From contig MU006105.1 of NCBI GenBank assembly GCA_010093705.1, positions 1 through 64,000 of the forward strand: a stretch of DNA of 64,000 nucleotides, given 5' to 3'. Made by a program: the position numbers and the translations under genes. The stretch is from Patellaria atrata CBS 101060. Taxonomy: Eukaryota. The notes under the pieces were generated by a model. The model saw only the letters and a list, made by a program, of their open reading frames with translations. It made no database searches and was not told where the DNA came from. This document shows, in pieces, positions 1 through 12,622 of the stretch (position 1 is the stretch's first letter; each line of letters starts with the position of its first letter).

Positions 1-2
1 AC

Positions 3-209
3 GAGACGTGGTATCCGGCTCGTAACTTCATCGGAGCACCGCACAAGCTCGAAGAATTCCACGATCAGAGACCAGCCGACGCCGGACCACCAGTCCGACT
101 TAAAGAATGGCTCCAGGCCTTTAGATCCGAGACAGAAGTAGAACCGCACGACGATGACGATATAGCCGAAAAGACGGGGCCTATACAGATTTTGAGACGT
201 CGTAAATAG
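3..209 (+). CDS. 3' end of Gypsy (chromovirus) pol: integrase C-terminal chromodomain tail; truncated by the window edge
   Basis: Frame from nt 3 reads ETWYPARNFIGAPHKLEEFH...GPPVRLKEWL...RRRK* (TAG 207-209), typical of a fungal chromoviral integrase C-terminus. It is followed by a G10 polypurine tract and an LTR. Confidence 0.85.
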   Translation, partial: ETWYPARNFIGAPHKLEEFHDQRPADAGPPVRLKEWLQAFRSETEVEPHDDDDIAEKTGPIQILRRRK

Positions 210-287
210 ATAACAGATCGCGTTATAGAACGCTACTAACGTCACCACGGAAATCGGGGCCGATTTCTACTATTGGGGGGGGGGTAA

Positions 288-559
288 TGTGACGACGTGT
301 CACGATGCTAATCCCGTATTTCCTATACTGAGTGTTTGGTTTATTTGCAAGAGATCTTTGCCGGGTCGGACGCGGAAAAGATCTCTGAGCGCTGATTGGT
401 TAAACGGAAGATAGTCGGGCCGAGGCTTAGCAAGGCGGGACTATTATATACGGACATTCGGCCCACGATATTATTGTTCCTTAACTTAATCTCCACACTT
501 AGTAGTTAGTAATAGAGATAGTCAAAATACGATTACTACAGCTATACTACATTGTCACA
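288..559 (+). mobile_element. 3' LTR (272 bp) of Gypsy family A, almost un-RIPed; PPT at 275-287
   Basis: Ends are TGTGAC...GTCACA, preceded by GGGGGGGGGGTAA. The same sequence recurs, RIP-mutated, many times at 38.5-64 kb. Confidence 0.95.
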
Positions 560-599
560 GTTATTATTATCTTCCTCCACTATAGCTTAGGTGATAGTG

Positions 600-1690
600 G
601 GCCGAGGAGATACCGCTATATTAATATGAGTAGATTGTTTTAGTCGAATTAGTGCTACTAGTGGGTAGATACTAACCCTGCAATCATCTCTACTATAACG
701 GAAGCAACGGTTTTCCCGGATACGAGCATTTATCTCTCTCTAATCAACCCACTTTGCCCGTTTTCCTATAAGCGCTTGGTCTTTAGGTCTTTTAGATAGG
801 TATCCATCCTTGTTATTACGGGTGCGTGTGCTATTGACTTGGGTTAGAGTAGATACTGATAGGGTGGGTTCCCATTCCATTATGTCTCGATGTGGTGTCT
901 CAGTATCTATGGTCTGCGCACTTTTACTACTCCTAACCTTGGTCCACTGCCTAAATAGTTCTATATCATTGCTGATTTCTTCACATCTCTAAGTAAATTC
1001 CATATAGGTATCCTTTTTCTTTCCTAAAATACCTATAAGCTTATCCTTCATCCTCTCACTCAGCGCATTACGCAAATAGGATATCTTTGAGTCATCATCC
1101 CAATCTTCAGCATCGGCATTAGCTATCTCTTTCTCGAAGCGGGGATAGAAAGCCATAAATGTCTCGTTATCCCGTTGGCGAATAGAATGAAGGTTTTGGA
1201 TGGCTTTTTGTTTACGGTTCCGCTCTCCATAGAGGATTTCAAGTCGTTCAAGTAACCGATAAGGGTTCGGTAAATCCTTTTTAACTTCCAACTCATAAAA
1301 TGTTGTCGTGTTTGTCTTAGCGGTTTTCTCAAGGTGCATATAGATATAACGCAATTGGGCTTGGAGGGACCTAATGGCTATAGCGTCTTCTTCTATCTTG
1401 CCTTCCATCTCTAACTTCCAGCCCCTCCATTGTGACTTGTCACCGCTAAACTTCGGAGGATGGGGGAGGCTATGGCGCGGCTTCGTGACGACAGGTGTGA
1501 TCGCGGCGAAGGGGGGAGGGGTATCAGATTTAGGGGTTGTTGTGGGATCTAATTGGGAAGTCGTTTGCTGATGCTCTAGGGAAGGGAGTCGTTCGTTAAA
1601 TTGACGACGTAGCTCAGTACACTCGCTCCTAAGGTTTTGTATCTCTGCGAGTAGGATGCTTAAAGTATTAGGCTCGTTATTCTGTTCCAT
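600..1690 (-). pseudogene. Retrotransposon gag of a second Gypsy family (B), lightly RIPed and interrupted by the family A insertion
   Basis: The 233-aa ORF has a gag-like core (PPKFSGDKSQWRGWKLEM...IRQRDNETF..FYPRFE). The frame continues past TAG stops to MEWEPT and a degenerate knuckle RCFRYSRDDCRVSIYP. The left boundary is approximate. Confidence 0.8.
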
Positions 1691-1719
1691 CCTTAGTAAC
1701 TTGAATGATCTTGATTGTA

Positions 1720-1860
1720 TGTGAGCGGCCTCTAGTAATTGTGTTCCAACTATCTAGTCCAGATGCTATCTACAATCAAGATAAAGAAGAAGAGAAGAGT
1801 CTGAAGGCAGGTTTGAGGAAAATATTACTGGCTGATCTTCGGATGCAGGGCGCGCTCATA
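1720..1860 (-). mobile_element. Short (141 bp) 5' LTR of Gypsy family B
   Basis: Ends are TGTGAGCG...CGCTCATA (CGCTCACA with one CpA>TpA change). It lies 30 bp upstream of the gag ATG, with an adjacent 12-nt PBS complementary to an LTR-internal sequence. Confidence 0.7.
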
Positions 1861-2291
1861 CCACTAGGCTCTAGCCTGTTACATCGTGAACGTGGGTTAG
1901 AATTATCCAAGTTTGTACGAAAATTCTGTCATGTGAGTTGGAATTAAGCGAAAACTAAACGGAGTTTATGATGGTTGGTAACTCCTGGCCACTTGATCAC
2001 ATTTCGGGGCGGGAGGCCGGGAGGCGGCTCATTAAAAGGTCGGTTGAGTGGTTATGGGGTGTCGTATGGGCGAATGCTCATTGTCGGATGACAATGTTTA
2101 TATGGAACGTTTGAATTCAGTCAAATAAAGTAAGAATAGCCTGGACATGATAGAATATTGCGGGTAAACTTTCATTATACCATATTCTCATCATCTCACG
2201 AACGAAACCAGTGGAGAAAAGTGGGAAAGAATGTATTAATGGTATGATTATATAAACCATGGAATATCTTAGATATGGAACCTTTGTAAAC

Positions 2292-2726
2292 TGATAAGGC
2301 TATAGGGATACACTTATATAAATCCTCTCCTCTTCACTTCAACCTGAACTTCCTTTTCACTTCTCGTAGAAGGACAGGTGAGGCACGCGCGAGCTGGGGA
2401 GAGTGGGAGAGAAGGAGGGAAAGAGGAGAGAGAGGAAGGGAGAGAGGGGAGAGGCGGGAGAGATGGGAGGAACGAGGAACGAGAGGATGGGAGGATGGGA
2501 GAAGTGGAGGACTAGGGGGGAGGGGAGAAATAAGGGAAATGGAGGGCTTGGATAATAATAGGGAAGGGTGAATAAGAGGAAAGGGGATATAATGAAATGG
2601 AGGGTAGGAGGAAGTAGAAGAGTGGAGGATATGAAGAAGAATAAGAGGGGGATACAGAACAGGAGGAAGGGAGGAAAGGGAGGATGAGAAAATGATTATT
2701 CCTCGGTTCGTCTCCAAGCCTTACGA
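2292..2726. repeat. GA-rich low-complexity segment bounded by an imperfect inverted repeat; possible solo LTR or MITE
   Basis: 2400-2690 is mostly purines on the + strand. AAACTGATAAGGCT (2288-2301) and AGCCTTACGAGTTT (2717-2730) are a 12/14 inverted match. Confidence 0.35.
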
Positions 2727-3346
2727 GTTTCATCGTAATTCGTCATACCGTAAATAAGGTAGTTGCAAATCGGACCTCATGTTCTGGTGGCTGAAGATAT
2801 ATCGAAATAGGCTTGCCGTTGGATATGGCGAAATGTGTAGTCAAAGAGGATAGTTCCAGCTAAAACGAGAAGCCGAGAGTTGTCCAAAGTGAAACGTAGC
2901 CGACATTTGGGACAAGAATCATCGAGTTATCCATGTTGCAGTGTCAAAGACAGCTATCCACCAAAGAATATCTGTAAATCTGTTGATATCTCTGAAGAGT
3001 GAGGTCAGATGTTTTATCGTGTATTATATAAGCCTAATCATGTCAGCTTGCTTCACATGTACTATGACGCGCGGATGGCGCCCCAAGCCCAGATCCTCTT
3101 CCCGTCCTCTTCTCATCCGTCACCCATCAATAACCTGTTTGCATTTGAAACAATTACATTATTTCTTAATTATTCACCCGACTTGTCAATCTCTTCCCCA
3201 CTCTCTAACACTATAAAACTGTCTTCCATATCTCTTCCAACCTCAAACCCGCACAAACTTATCTACGACCCGATCGCTTGATCGGGTTTCTCGCTACCTG
3301 TCACTCCACAATACTCTCGTGAGTCAGTGACAGCTAGCTCGACAAT

Positions 3347-5015
3347 ATGGCATACCGCTCCACCGGAAACCTGGGTGTCTATGAAGATCCTGCTCCACCC
3401 ACAAGAGGCAACGAACGTTGGGATCGAGGTAGGTTCGAAGCATTCGCCCGAAAAGATCAGCGCGATCCCCGTGATTCCCGTGACTCACCTCGTTTTGAAG
3501 AACGAGATCGTGAGCGATTCGAAGAACGAGATAGATTTGGTCCTAGAGGACGGCGCGATATTGAATTTGATGAGCGAATCGATCGTCGAGGTCCCAAGGG
3601 AAATGTGACAGAAAAGGATCGCTTCTTTGAAGAGGACCGTTACGGAGGTCCACGTCGAAGCAGGCCCGATTTCTTGAACGAACCTACACCGGCCGAGATT
3701 GCCAACCGTGCTCTTGCACCTTATCGACGAAAAAGTGTTGTTGAAAGGGATTTCGACTTTGAGGTACCCGCAAGGCGACCTACCAGACCACAGTACATTC
3801 GCAGACAGTCATCTCTCGATACTTTTGACAGACGACCATTTCCAAGATATGGTGACAAAGAACGGGAAGAGTGGAAACCCCCAACCAATGTTCCAATCCC
3901 CTTGCCTATTAGAGATCTAGAGAGAGAGAAGGGGAGAGACAGGGATAGGTATCAGTCTTCTTCGCGTCGGCAATCCCCTTCACGTCGGCGATCTCCTTCT
4001 CGACCTCAATACAGAGATGATGATTTCGAAGAGATTCGCTATGAAAAGGAAAGAGATGATCGTTACCGAGATGACGATTATCGTGACGTTAATATTCGAC
4101 GAGAACGAAGCGTTCGTCGCCGTGAAAGTCGACCTAGGTCAAAGTCAGTAAGAAGCAGTTCATTATCCAGTTTCGAGGAGATTACTGTGCCTGAAAAGAA
4201 GGTAAAGAAAGGCCGGACTCGTATGCCAAAGCGCCTTGTGGAAAAAAGGGCTATCATTGATCTCGGTTTTCCGTTTGAAGAAGAGGTAAGCACAAGGAAA
4301 CAGCATGAAACTTGGGCATTGCTTATCATCATGAAGGACGATTTCATCATTGTCAGACAAGCATTGGAGAAGGAGCAGATCGACGAGGTCATCAAGATCA
4401 GTGAAGGATATAAGAAAGAAGAGACCAGTACGTGCTGTGCTCAATAACCCTACAATCTTTACACTTACAATTTCAGCTCGAATCAGTTATCGTTATGAGG
4501 AAGTCGCTCCACCATCCTCATCAGCAGCAGGAAGCTCGCCTCCAACTCAGAGTGTTCACGATCATTACGGTCCTCCACCTCCTCAGAGTGTCAATGATCA
4601 TTACGGACCTCCGCCTCCTCTCCCCCCACAAGGATATGCCCATCCTCCACCCCAAACATATGCACCTCCGCCGCCAGTTGCATACCCCCCTCCTCAATCT
4701 GTCCGCACCGTCTCTCCACCTCGCACGGTTTATGAGGAGCGCGTCGAACAATCAGGTCATATTAGTGGTCCACTAACGATGGTTTTACCTGAAAGACGAC
4801 GCCAATCACGACATGACATTGATGATGAGATCCGACGACTTGAAGATGAGAGGCGAGTTTTGAAGTACGAGCGAGATAGTAGGGAAATTCAGAAGTATGA
4901 ACGGGATAATAGAGATGTTGATTACGAATTTGTGGAACGTAGCAAAGACAGAGATGTCGTGCGCGTGGATCGAGATCGCAAGGGTAGGTTGGCGCTCGTT
5001 CGGTCGTCCCATTAG
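3347..5015 (+). CDS. Conserved fungal R/D/E-rich hypothetical protein (DUF8035-like domain); introns 4286-4336 and 4428-4476
   Basis: Two overlapping ORFs join through GT-AG introns. The block KKGRTRMPKRLVEKRAIIDLGFPFEEE|DDFIIVRQALEKEQIDEVIKISE is followed by a Pro-rich region. Confidence 0.8.
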
Positions 5016-5724
5016 AGGACTCTTGGTTGATGATGGGGTAGTGAGGAAACGACCAGACCCGAAGCTTGTTGCTGCTGCCATAGCGACCCTTACCTGAGAA
5101 CATACAACCTTTACGGCATTATTTTAACCTATACCCTCTCCCGGCTGTTTCTTTTTTGAATTGGAATTCTAGGATCAGGACTTCAGTCTCGTCTGAAAGT
5201 GGTTTTTCACTGGATTTAGACATTTGGTGTCTTCAGTCCTTTCCATAGGTTGCTTTACGATTCTCTTATCAATCATGAAACGGTTGATCTTTGTTGCTGT
5301 TCCTGCTTTCCTTTTATTTTTCATTGTAGGCGTAGGTAGAGAAGTTTTGGAAACCTAGTAGAGATTTATTTGGTTTGTGTTTAAGTTCATACATGACATA
5401 TGACGATTATGATGAAATAAGTAGAAGTATCCCTTAATAGTAAATACATTAGCTATGAAATCCCCGTTCCTTTTATAGAATTATGTTTGGTTGACGTCTA
5501 AATAATCTTACACGAGGATTTGGGCCGACAATTGAACGCATTCCCCGTCATCCCCGAACGTCATCACCGCCACTCCTACAAAGGAACCACCGGGTTTCCA
5601 GATGACCGACTATGGGTATACCACAACCTCCAACGCATATCACAGGATGAAACGTATCTAGCAGCTACTAATTTTGCTTGTTCCTCGTGAACGCGCCGCG
5701 CATTAAGCTCTTCACCTCGAGACA

Positions 5725-6759
5725 ATGGGCTCCAAGATCTGCATAGAATGCAAACTCCCAGTTCCTCACCTCTACACCTCATACAGTAAGGCAGATGATA
5801 AGAGCTTAGGGAGAGGCGTCAAGTTGACACAATGTCCGCGCTGTAAACGGTTCGCTGACAAATATGTCGAGCATGATTTCGTGGTGCTCTTCATCGATTT
5901 AGTTTTGATAAAACCGCAGGTGGGTGGATATCTACAACATGCCTAGTGCTAGAAGCTGCGAATGTGTATCATAAGAAGGAATAGATGGACTGATGTCAGA
6001 TGTTACGAATTGCAGGTGTATAGACATCTCTTGTTTAATCGCCTAGGTCGAGAGGATGAAAGATTTGATGTAAGAACCCATCATCTTTCCCCGTTCGTCA
6101 GTCGTCAATTTGCCCTTAAAGTACTAACAAACCACTCCCAGCCTTCAATTCTACGTCTGGGGATTCTGCTTCTCCTCTTCGACGTTTATCTCACCTGGGC
6201 CCGCATCGAGAAAGCGGCTCCAACATCCAACGGATCCCCTCACCCAAATTCACTCATTTCTACACAACCATTACTCCTTCAATATCTCTTCTTTTTAGCT
6301 CTCTGTACACTCGAAACACTGTCTTTCCACCTTCCAATAAGACTTCTATGTCAACATCCCATCCCTATCCCCCTTCCCGGGATTCTATCGCGATTCACGT
6401 CATCTCCTAATCCTATGAACTCCACTTCAAATCCTGCTTCCACTCCAAGTAACTCTGCATCTACATCTTCTGTACCTACCTTGACGGTTACACCATATTA
6501 CCCTCATCAAACACCCCTCAGTACCGCCCTCCTCGTCTCGTCTTGCACGAAGCTCTTCCCGATTCTTTTGATAATCTGGGAGTACGATCTACCCTCTTCA
6601 GCCTCGGCCGTAAGCTGGAGCGTAATTGTGAACAATATCGCAGCGCTTGAGATACTAATGGATTGTGGATATCTACGTGCAGCTGGGTTGGTAGTCGTGG
6701 GTGCACTGTGTAGGGGAATTGTGAGTTGGGTAGTTTTGAGGGGAGTGGGGTTGGGGTAG
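5725..6759 (+). CDS. ARV1: Arv1 sterol homeostasis / GPI-related ER membrane protein; introns 5920-6015 and 6070-6141
   Basis: CIEC...LTQCPRCKRFADKYVEHDFVVLFIDLVLIKPQ|VYRHLLFN is the Arv1 homology domain; transmembrane segments follow. Confidence 0.95.
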
Positions 6760-7003
6760 GGATAAAGTAGAAGTAGTTGAAAATTTGCCCTTAAGAAATG
6801 ACTTGTCAAACTTGAAAAATTCTTTGGCAGGGGGCCATTGAACGCCGTGATGTTATAATAACAGTAACATAATCTTGCTCCAGTCACTCATTGTGCCTCT
6901 TTACTGTGACCTTCCATCTCCCCCAATAATAGATATTACAATAATAACCGGATCCCAAACCATCTCAACAGCCCTTCGTACTGTTCTACCGTCATATGCC
7001 CCG

Positions 7004-7685
7004 CTAAAACTTCATTCTTTCCGCATGTTCGGGCCTCAAGCCGATTTTCTCCGGCGAGATGAGTGGGTGCCATTGTGCGAGGAACGTTATAGCTAAACCA
7101 TAAGAAAATGATACATTAGTATATAGACTACTCTCAGAGTGCGACAGCGCCTGGCGTAGTAATGAGGGAGAATATGATGGATGAAGGGTATGGAAGGAAG
7201 AGGTCGAGCTCGCGTAGAGGAAGAAGATACGGAAATTCATACCCCACATCAAATAGCATGACCAGGCCGAGAGAATGAGAGTGGATCGCCAGACCCTATA
7301 AACCGCACATAATTAGCACACCATCATCCGTTGAACCTTCCTCGTCTTGTATATCTCATCTTGAATTTCTTGTGAGACATCTCACCCATGATCTTATATT
7401 CGAGTCGTCCCAGCTGTGAAACTGATATTGTGCGATACGGAAAGCGAGAGGTAGGTAGATGGGGTAGTACATACGTCTGATTCTCCCCCTTTGGACTTGC
7501 GAACCAGGATACGGCGCTGAAGGCGACGATGAAGAGAAAGCCGATAAGGAGGGACCAGCTACAGATCCATGTTAGCCATCATGTACAACCAAACCCATTC
7601 CTTACAATTGCAATGGGACATCGATGATATGCCGGCTGTATATCATATAGAATGAAGATTAGCATGAGACGCACCCGTTAGCCAT
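7004..7685 (-). CDS. VMA9: V-ATPase V0 subunit e, 4 exons (mostly missed by the ORF track)
   Basis: Spliced product is MANG|WSLLIGFLFIVAFSAVSWFASPKGENQT|VWRSTLILSAWSCYLMW|AITFLAQWHPLISPEKIGLRPEHAERMKF, with canonical splice sites. Confidence 0.93.
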
Positions 7686-8612
7686 GATTTTAAGATTTTC
7701 ACGACGTTCCGATAGAGTGAGCAGTAATAACAGATCGTAAACAATGTACCAGGATGAGGATAGGAGACTCTGCGGCTGTGTTCTGGTTGCTAGAGTGATG
7801 CTGTCACTGTCAAAGAGCTATCGAATGAAGTCAGCCTAAGGTCCGCGGGCGGTTCAAACTTTAAGCTAGTCGAGTCGGCCGGGGTCCATCGGGCTGATCT
7901 ACCCGAGTCAGGGTAGTTCTATGCGGACCGAGAACCTCGCCGGCACCACAACACGACCTGCCAAGGCAGATTCAACAGTAATGAACTGAAACGATATTTG
8001 AAGGTTCAGATTATGATGTTTTGATGTAATCCTGTTCCTAAACATGATTCATCATATTCTTCACTTTTCTCAAGGCCCCGCTCAATAAGAGCCATCCTCT
8101 AGTTCGTCTCCGCGTCGTGAACTAAAAATACGTCCAGCACCTATTAGGATGAGTGTGCCTTGAACGGAAGTATCAGTGATGATGAGTCAATACTGCAAGA
8201 ATATACGGAGAGTCTTGAAGATCAAGTATTCCTCAATTAGAAGGTTCCCATCTTGAGCATGCCAGGGGGCCATTCGTACTATTCCACTAATTCCCACTCT
8301 GTACAGCATCACCAGCCTTCTATTAAACAAGTGTGTACGGTGAGCCCTTCATTTTCCAGGGAAGGGGAAATACACGGTCATCCGAAGGACTGAGTACCCT
8401 CGAACTTACCTATTACGGTGTAGCCTAGATGTTTTCACGATACTCTCTTACGGTACTCGATCCATTCGCCGTAGGGTTTCGTGGAAGGGTTTCGCTCAGC
8501 AAGTAGATTGCACCCCTAAGGAGGATGAGTGTATGGCTATCTGATTATTATCAAGTTTCTCCATCTCTCGTACCCTCAGTTCCTTTTTACTGTACATCAA
8601 TCAGACAAATCT

Positions 8613-10806
8613 TCATTTATCCAATACAGGATCTAGACATTGACAATCCTCTAACCTCGCACCAACATGCAATCCACTAAGTAAACTGGGACATCTCCAT
8701 GCGATATCCAGGTCTGAACATTGCATTAATGTATACCATAATCTCTCTAATGTGAACCCGAACCTTGGATTATTCATATTATCCCTACGTCCTCTTAGAT
8801 ACGGCTCATTGTGTGCCCAACTCTTTGGATCAACCAATGCGGTATGTAACTTCTTGAACACTTCTTTCTTCGCAACCCTTATCCGTCGTGCAGACGCAAT
8901 AAATTGCCCTCTGTATAAAAGAAGTGCAAACTTGCACTTCTCTCCGCCATCCAACTCAGCGTGGATTGTAGCAATCGAATTGGTATCATCTCTCGACCCT
9001 GAGAAGTCCCCGCATCCATTACAATCACATGTAGTGACATATCCTCGTAATCCGCTATTTCCTAGGTTCATAAAGCCGGTAGAGGAGACGTAAAACCCCC
9101 CGAATACGATGCAATGCTACTCGTTGCTGATGCATTTCCGCTTGCATAAATAGTGTATGTTCAGCCAGATTATCCCACTGTTGTGTTATGTGGTGTAGGT
9201 ATGTCTCACCTTCCCTGCTAACATTATGAAGCTGAATGACATGATCCGCTTTCAGTGTGCGTTTGATTTGTTTGAGACTTGCCTTTTCGTCTTTTGTGTA
9301 ATTCCAGATAGTTGAATAGTTTGAAATTAGAGGGATTTCTTGGAGAAGGTCGAGAGTGGAACGAAGAGAGGTTTGAGATTCCTTGTAAATGCTAATGACG
9401 ATGTCTGTACCCTTTCGTGGGTGAAACTTTATATCCAAGTTCGACCTTCTAGAACCATGAGAGAGGAGTAAAGGGAAGAAATTGAGTATAATGAAGATAA
9501 CCCAGAGTATCTCACACGTATACCCGGTAGATTTTCTCAGGTGGTATCTGATTCCGATTCTAGGAAAAGTTCTCTCTAAGGGTGAAATTTGGACCGGGGT
9601 AAGAGGTGTACTCTCATTTTCATCAGGTTCTTGTTCTAGTTCGTTGTATTTACCATTGGTATCTTCCTGTAAACCCCTTTCTCCAAGCTCACAGATCACA
9701 ACTGACAGTACGTATGCGAAGAGTTGTAACATGGTATTATACATTCGATGTGTGAAAGCAATAGATCCCATACCAACAAGGCAGGAAAGTGCCAGCGAAC
9801 ATCTAGCTTGCGAGTCAATCCGAATTAATGGAGTAAGTGGTTTGACAGATGTCCGCTTGAATGGTACGGTAAGAAATAAAGGCGATGCTGCTAGATCCAG
9901 AGTAACAGCGCTCGAGACAATATTGATGAAAACGATCAATGGGTGGAGGCTCTCAATCTCATCAAGAGATCTACCCATTCGCTCTCGTGGTTTGATTTGA
10001 GATACTACTGCGCTTATAATAAAAGCCGTGAGTAGTGTCAACTTCAATATCGGTCTAGAGAGTGTATTGTCGAGAAGTGAAGCACTGCTAAACCGAAATA
10101 AACCTCTTGCCAGCCCAGCAAGAATGAGAGCAGGTATAGCGAGCTTAACTCCATCCACAGTCAAGATATACTCTTTATACAAGATGACGGCGCTTGTAAC
10201 TATAAGTCCGAGTGTTTAGAGACCAAAAATCAAGAGTGGTTTTCGTGTGGAAGGAAGCAATAGTTGAGTAGAAACATCATCCGCAACATAGCTTATACTC
10301 TATACTTCATGTCAACCACAATTTGCCATCAGGGATAAGTTGAATACTCACACTCAACATCAATAGAATAGGAAGATTTGCAAAGTGTAGTATGGCCTCT
10401 ACCACCAGATGTAGTGATAAACCAGCGCAAAAAAAAGTGAGTACAACAGGTACGCGAAGTATCATAGCCGGGTTTTCAATTTTGAGGTTTTGAAGCACAG
10501 TTGACAGTCTAAAGCCCTGGCGTATACCATCGCCAACATGAAAGCAAGCCAATATGTTGCGAACTAACATGATTGATGATGCTGCGAGAATATGTACAAG
10601 GAGAAGATGCGATGCTGGTGGATAGTCAGAGGTGTATTTATGAAGTAGGAAGGCTCTTGCGGTCTTACGGAAATCTAAATGGATTGTATTAGCAATGAAA
10701 AGAGATGAGTTACCCCTAGAAAAGACTTACGATGATTACAATCTTTAAGAAGATATTTTGTTGATACTAGTGATGTTGCCGAGGATAAAATCCATACAAA
10801 ATCCAT
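8613..10806 (-). pseudogene. Membrane protein with an N-terminal multi-TM (sugar-phosphate transporter-like) region and a C-terminal DUF3431 domain; frameshifted
   Basis: DUF3431 motifs HNVSREGETYLHHITQQWDNLAEHTLFMQA, RGQFIASARRI and FGFTLERLW. One extra base in the C6 run at 9096-9101 splits the domain. The start and 5' exons are uncertain. Confidence 0.65.
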
Positions 10807-12622
10807 ATTGTAACAGAAAAAGAGTACAATAACAAAGGTATAGTAGTGTCCGGTCAACATATCCATTTCATGCAGGATGAAGTCAGCTTTGAACAGAAGG
10901 GACAAGATATCAGATGTATTCGCATATACCCCTTTTGTCGCCATTGCAGACTTGTTGCGTGTACGTTTTTAGTGAGCTAGCCACGCTTTCAGGGAAGATA
11001 GTAACATATTGCTGATCTTACTTCTTCCAAGACTATTGACTTTACACCATAACTCATACAATCCAGCCCTACGCCAAACGGCATTTTGTCCCTTTTCTCA
11101 CTTTCGGTCCCATGGTTGATTTGAGGCTCAGTCTATTGCATACCCTCTCTAAATATAGGGGCCAAATTCTTTACGTGAGCAAGGCCGAATTCTACGCCTG
11201 TGATAGTTTCTTGGAATGTGTGGTTCGACAAAATATCGTAAAGCTAACAGAGAAGGCAAATTTCGAGACTCTTCATCATGGACTGTCTAAGAATAGTATT
11301 CTTTTCGGTGTAATAGTTCAGTTATTCAATACCTGAAGACTATTGAGTCGTCTATTATTCCATCCGAGGTATACTCTAACGAGTGTTTGTATACGTTGGG
11401 GAAAATAGAGAGAAAGCCCAAATGTTTCAAGCCTAGAAATTATCCATATATGGTTACACTATTTCCTGAATCTGATACGTTTCACAATACCCGCACACCG
11501 GCTTTTGGTATTATGAGAAGAAACTGCTTTTCGTTGTTTTGAATATTATCATTGAGACGCAGGCGAAGGAGCGATACTTGGCAACAAACTATCGTGCCCA
11601 ACAACTCGACTCGGTAATCTGTAAAGGTACATATTCTCATTATTTTTATCCTGAGTGTACGTATGTGAATAAAAGTATAAGCTTATTGCTTAAATCTTTC
11701 GTAACCAATTATCCAAGAGATAATTATGATGCCTAGACTAAAGACGTAATGCTTCGCAGGATTGACGTTCAAAAGAAGCCTCGTGACATCGATCACCAAC
11801 GTATTCTTGAGGAGAACCAAAGCCATTGCGTGCAATTTTGCAGGAGAAGTTCTTAACAATTGGTAAGGCGTAAACAGGATGCAGCTTCGGAACCCAAGAG
11901 TGGGACGCAAAAACCCAGAAAACTAGAGAAAAAGATGCCTCTTGATACTCATTCATAAAACCTGCTTCTTTGAATGATCAAAAAGTTGCAAGGATTCTTG
12001 ACTTGATTATAAAACCTATTTCGCAGTTGCAATACGCTATCATGAGATTGTGAATCTTTACCATTTAAGGTCCAAAAAACATTTTCACGTCTGGTTAAGG
12101 AAGAAGTAGTAGTTCATACTTCCGAGACGGACCAATAAGCTGAAATGAACCAAAGTTGGTATTGATTCGGTTGGTATGATATATATCTTCCACAGCCGCA
12201 GCATTCTTCATCTGCTGTACGCTTAGCCTCAAAACTGTCTTCAACTGTTATGTATAAGTAAGGGAGGAACACCGGGTGTCGGCAATTGTACTAAAACCCT
12301 TGGGATGAAAAACCTCCTTATATTTGTCCACTCTTCAAGAAGACTTCCACTCTTGTAAAGAAGAAAGTCGGAACATACGGGATAGCCACGGCCATAAGTA
12401 GCGCGTAATCGTATAGGTAAGGGAGACTGCAGGAGGATAGTCTACCGCTATTTCACCTGAAAGCGTACAGAAGTTGAGAAATGATAAGCCTCGAGGGGAG
12501 TAGGGAATATTGTCCTAGGTGGCTGAACAGTGGACTTTCCATTTCCCATGTGACGGTCTTCCGTTGAGCTGTGCGAGGGAACCTGGATACCCGTGGACCT
12601 GGAATAGCAAAGACTTGAAGAT

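Noticed and set aside
2334..2733. Leu/Ser/Pro-rich ORFs on the minus strand
   Set aside because: Translation artefacts of the GA-rich low-complexity tract.
11000..12600. Possible gene between the DUF3431 and STEEP1-like genes
   Set aside because: Only short ORFs with no recognisable motif or convincing splice pattern; a decayed gene cannot be excluded.
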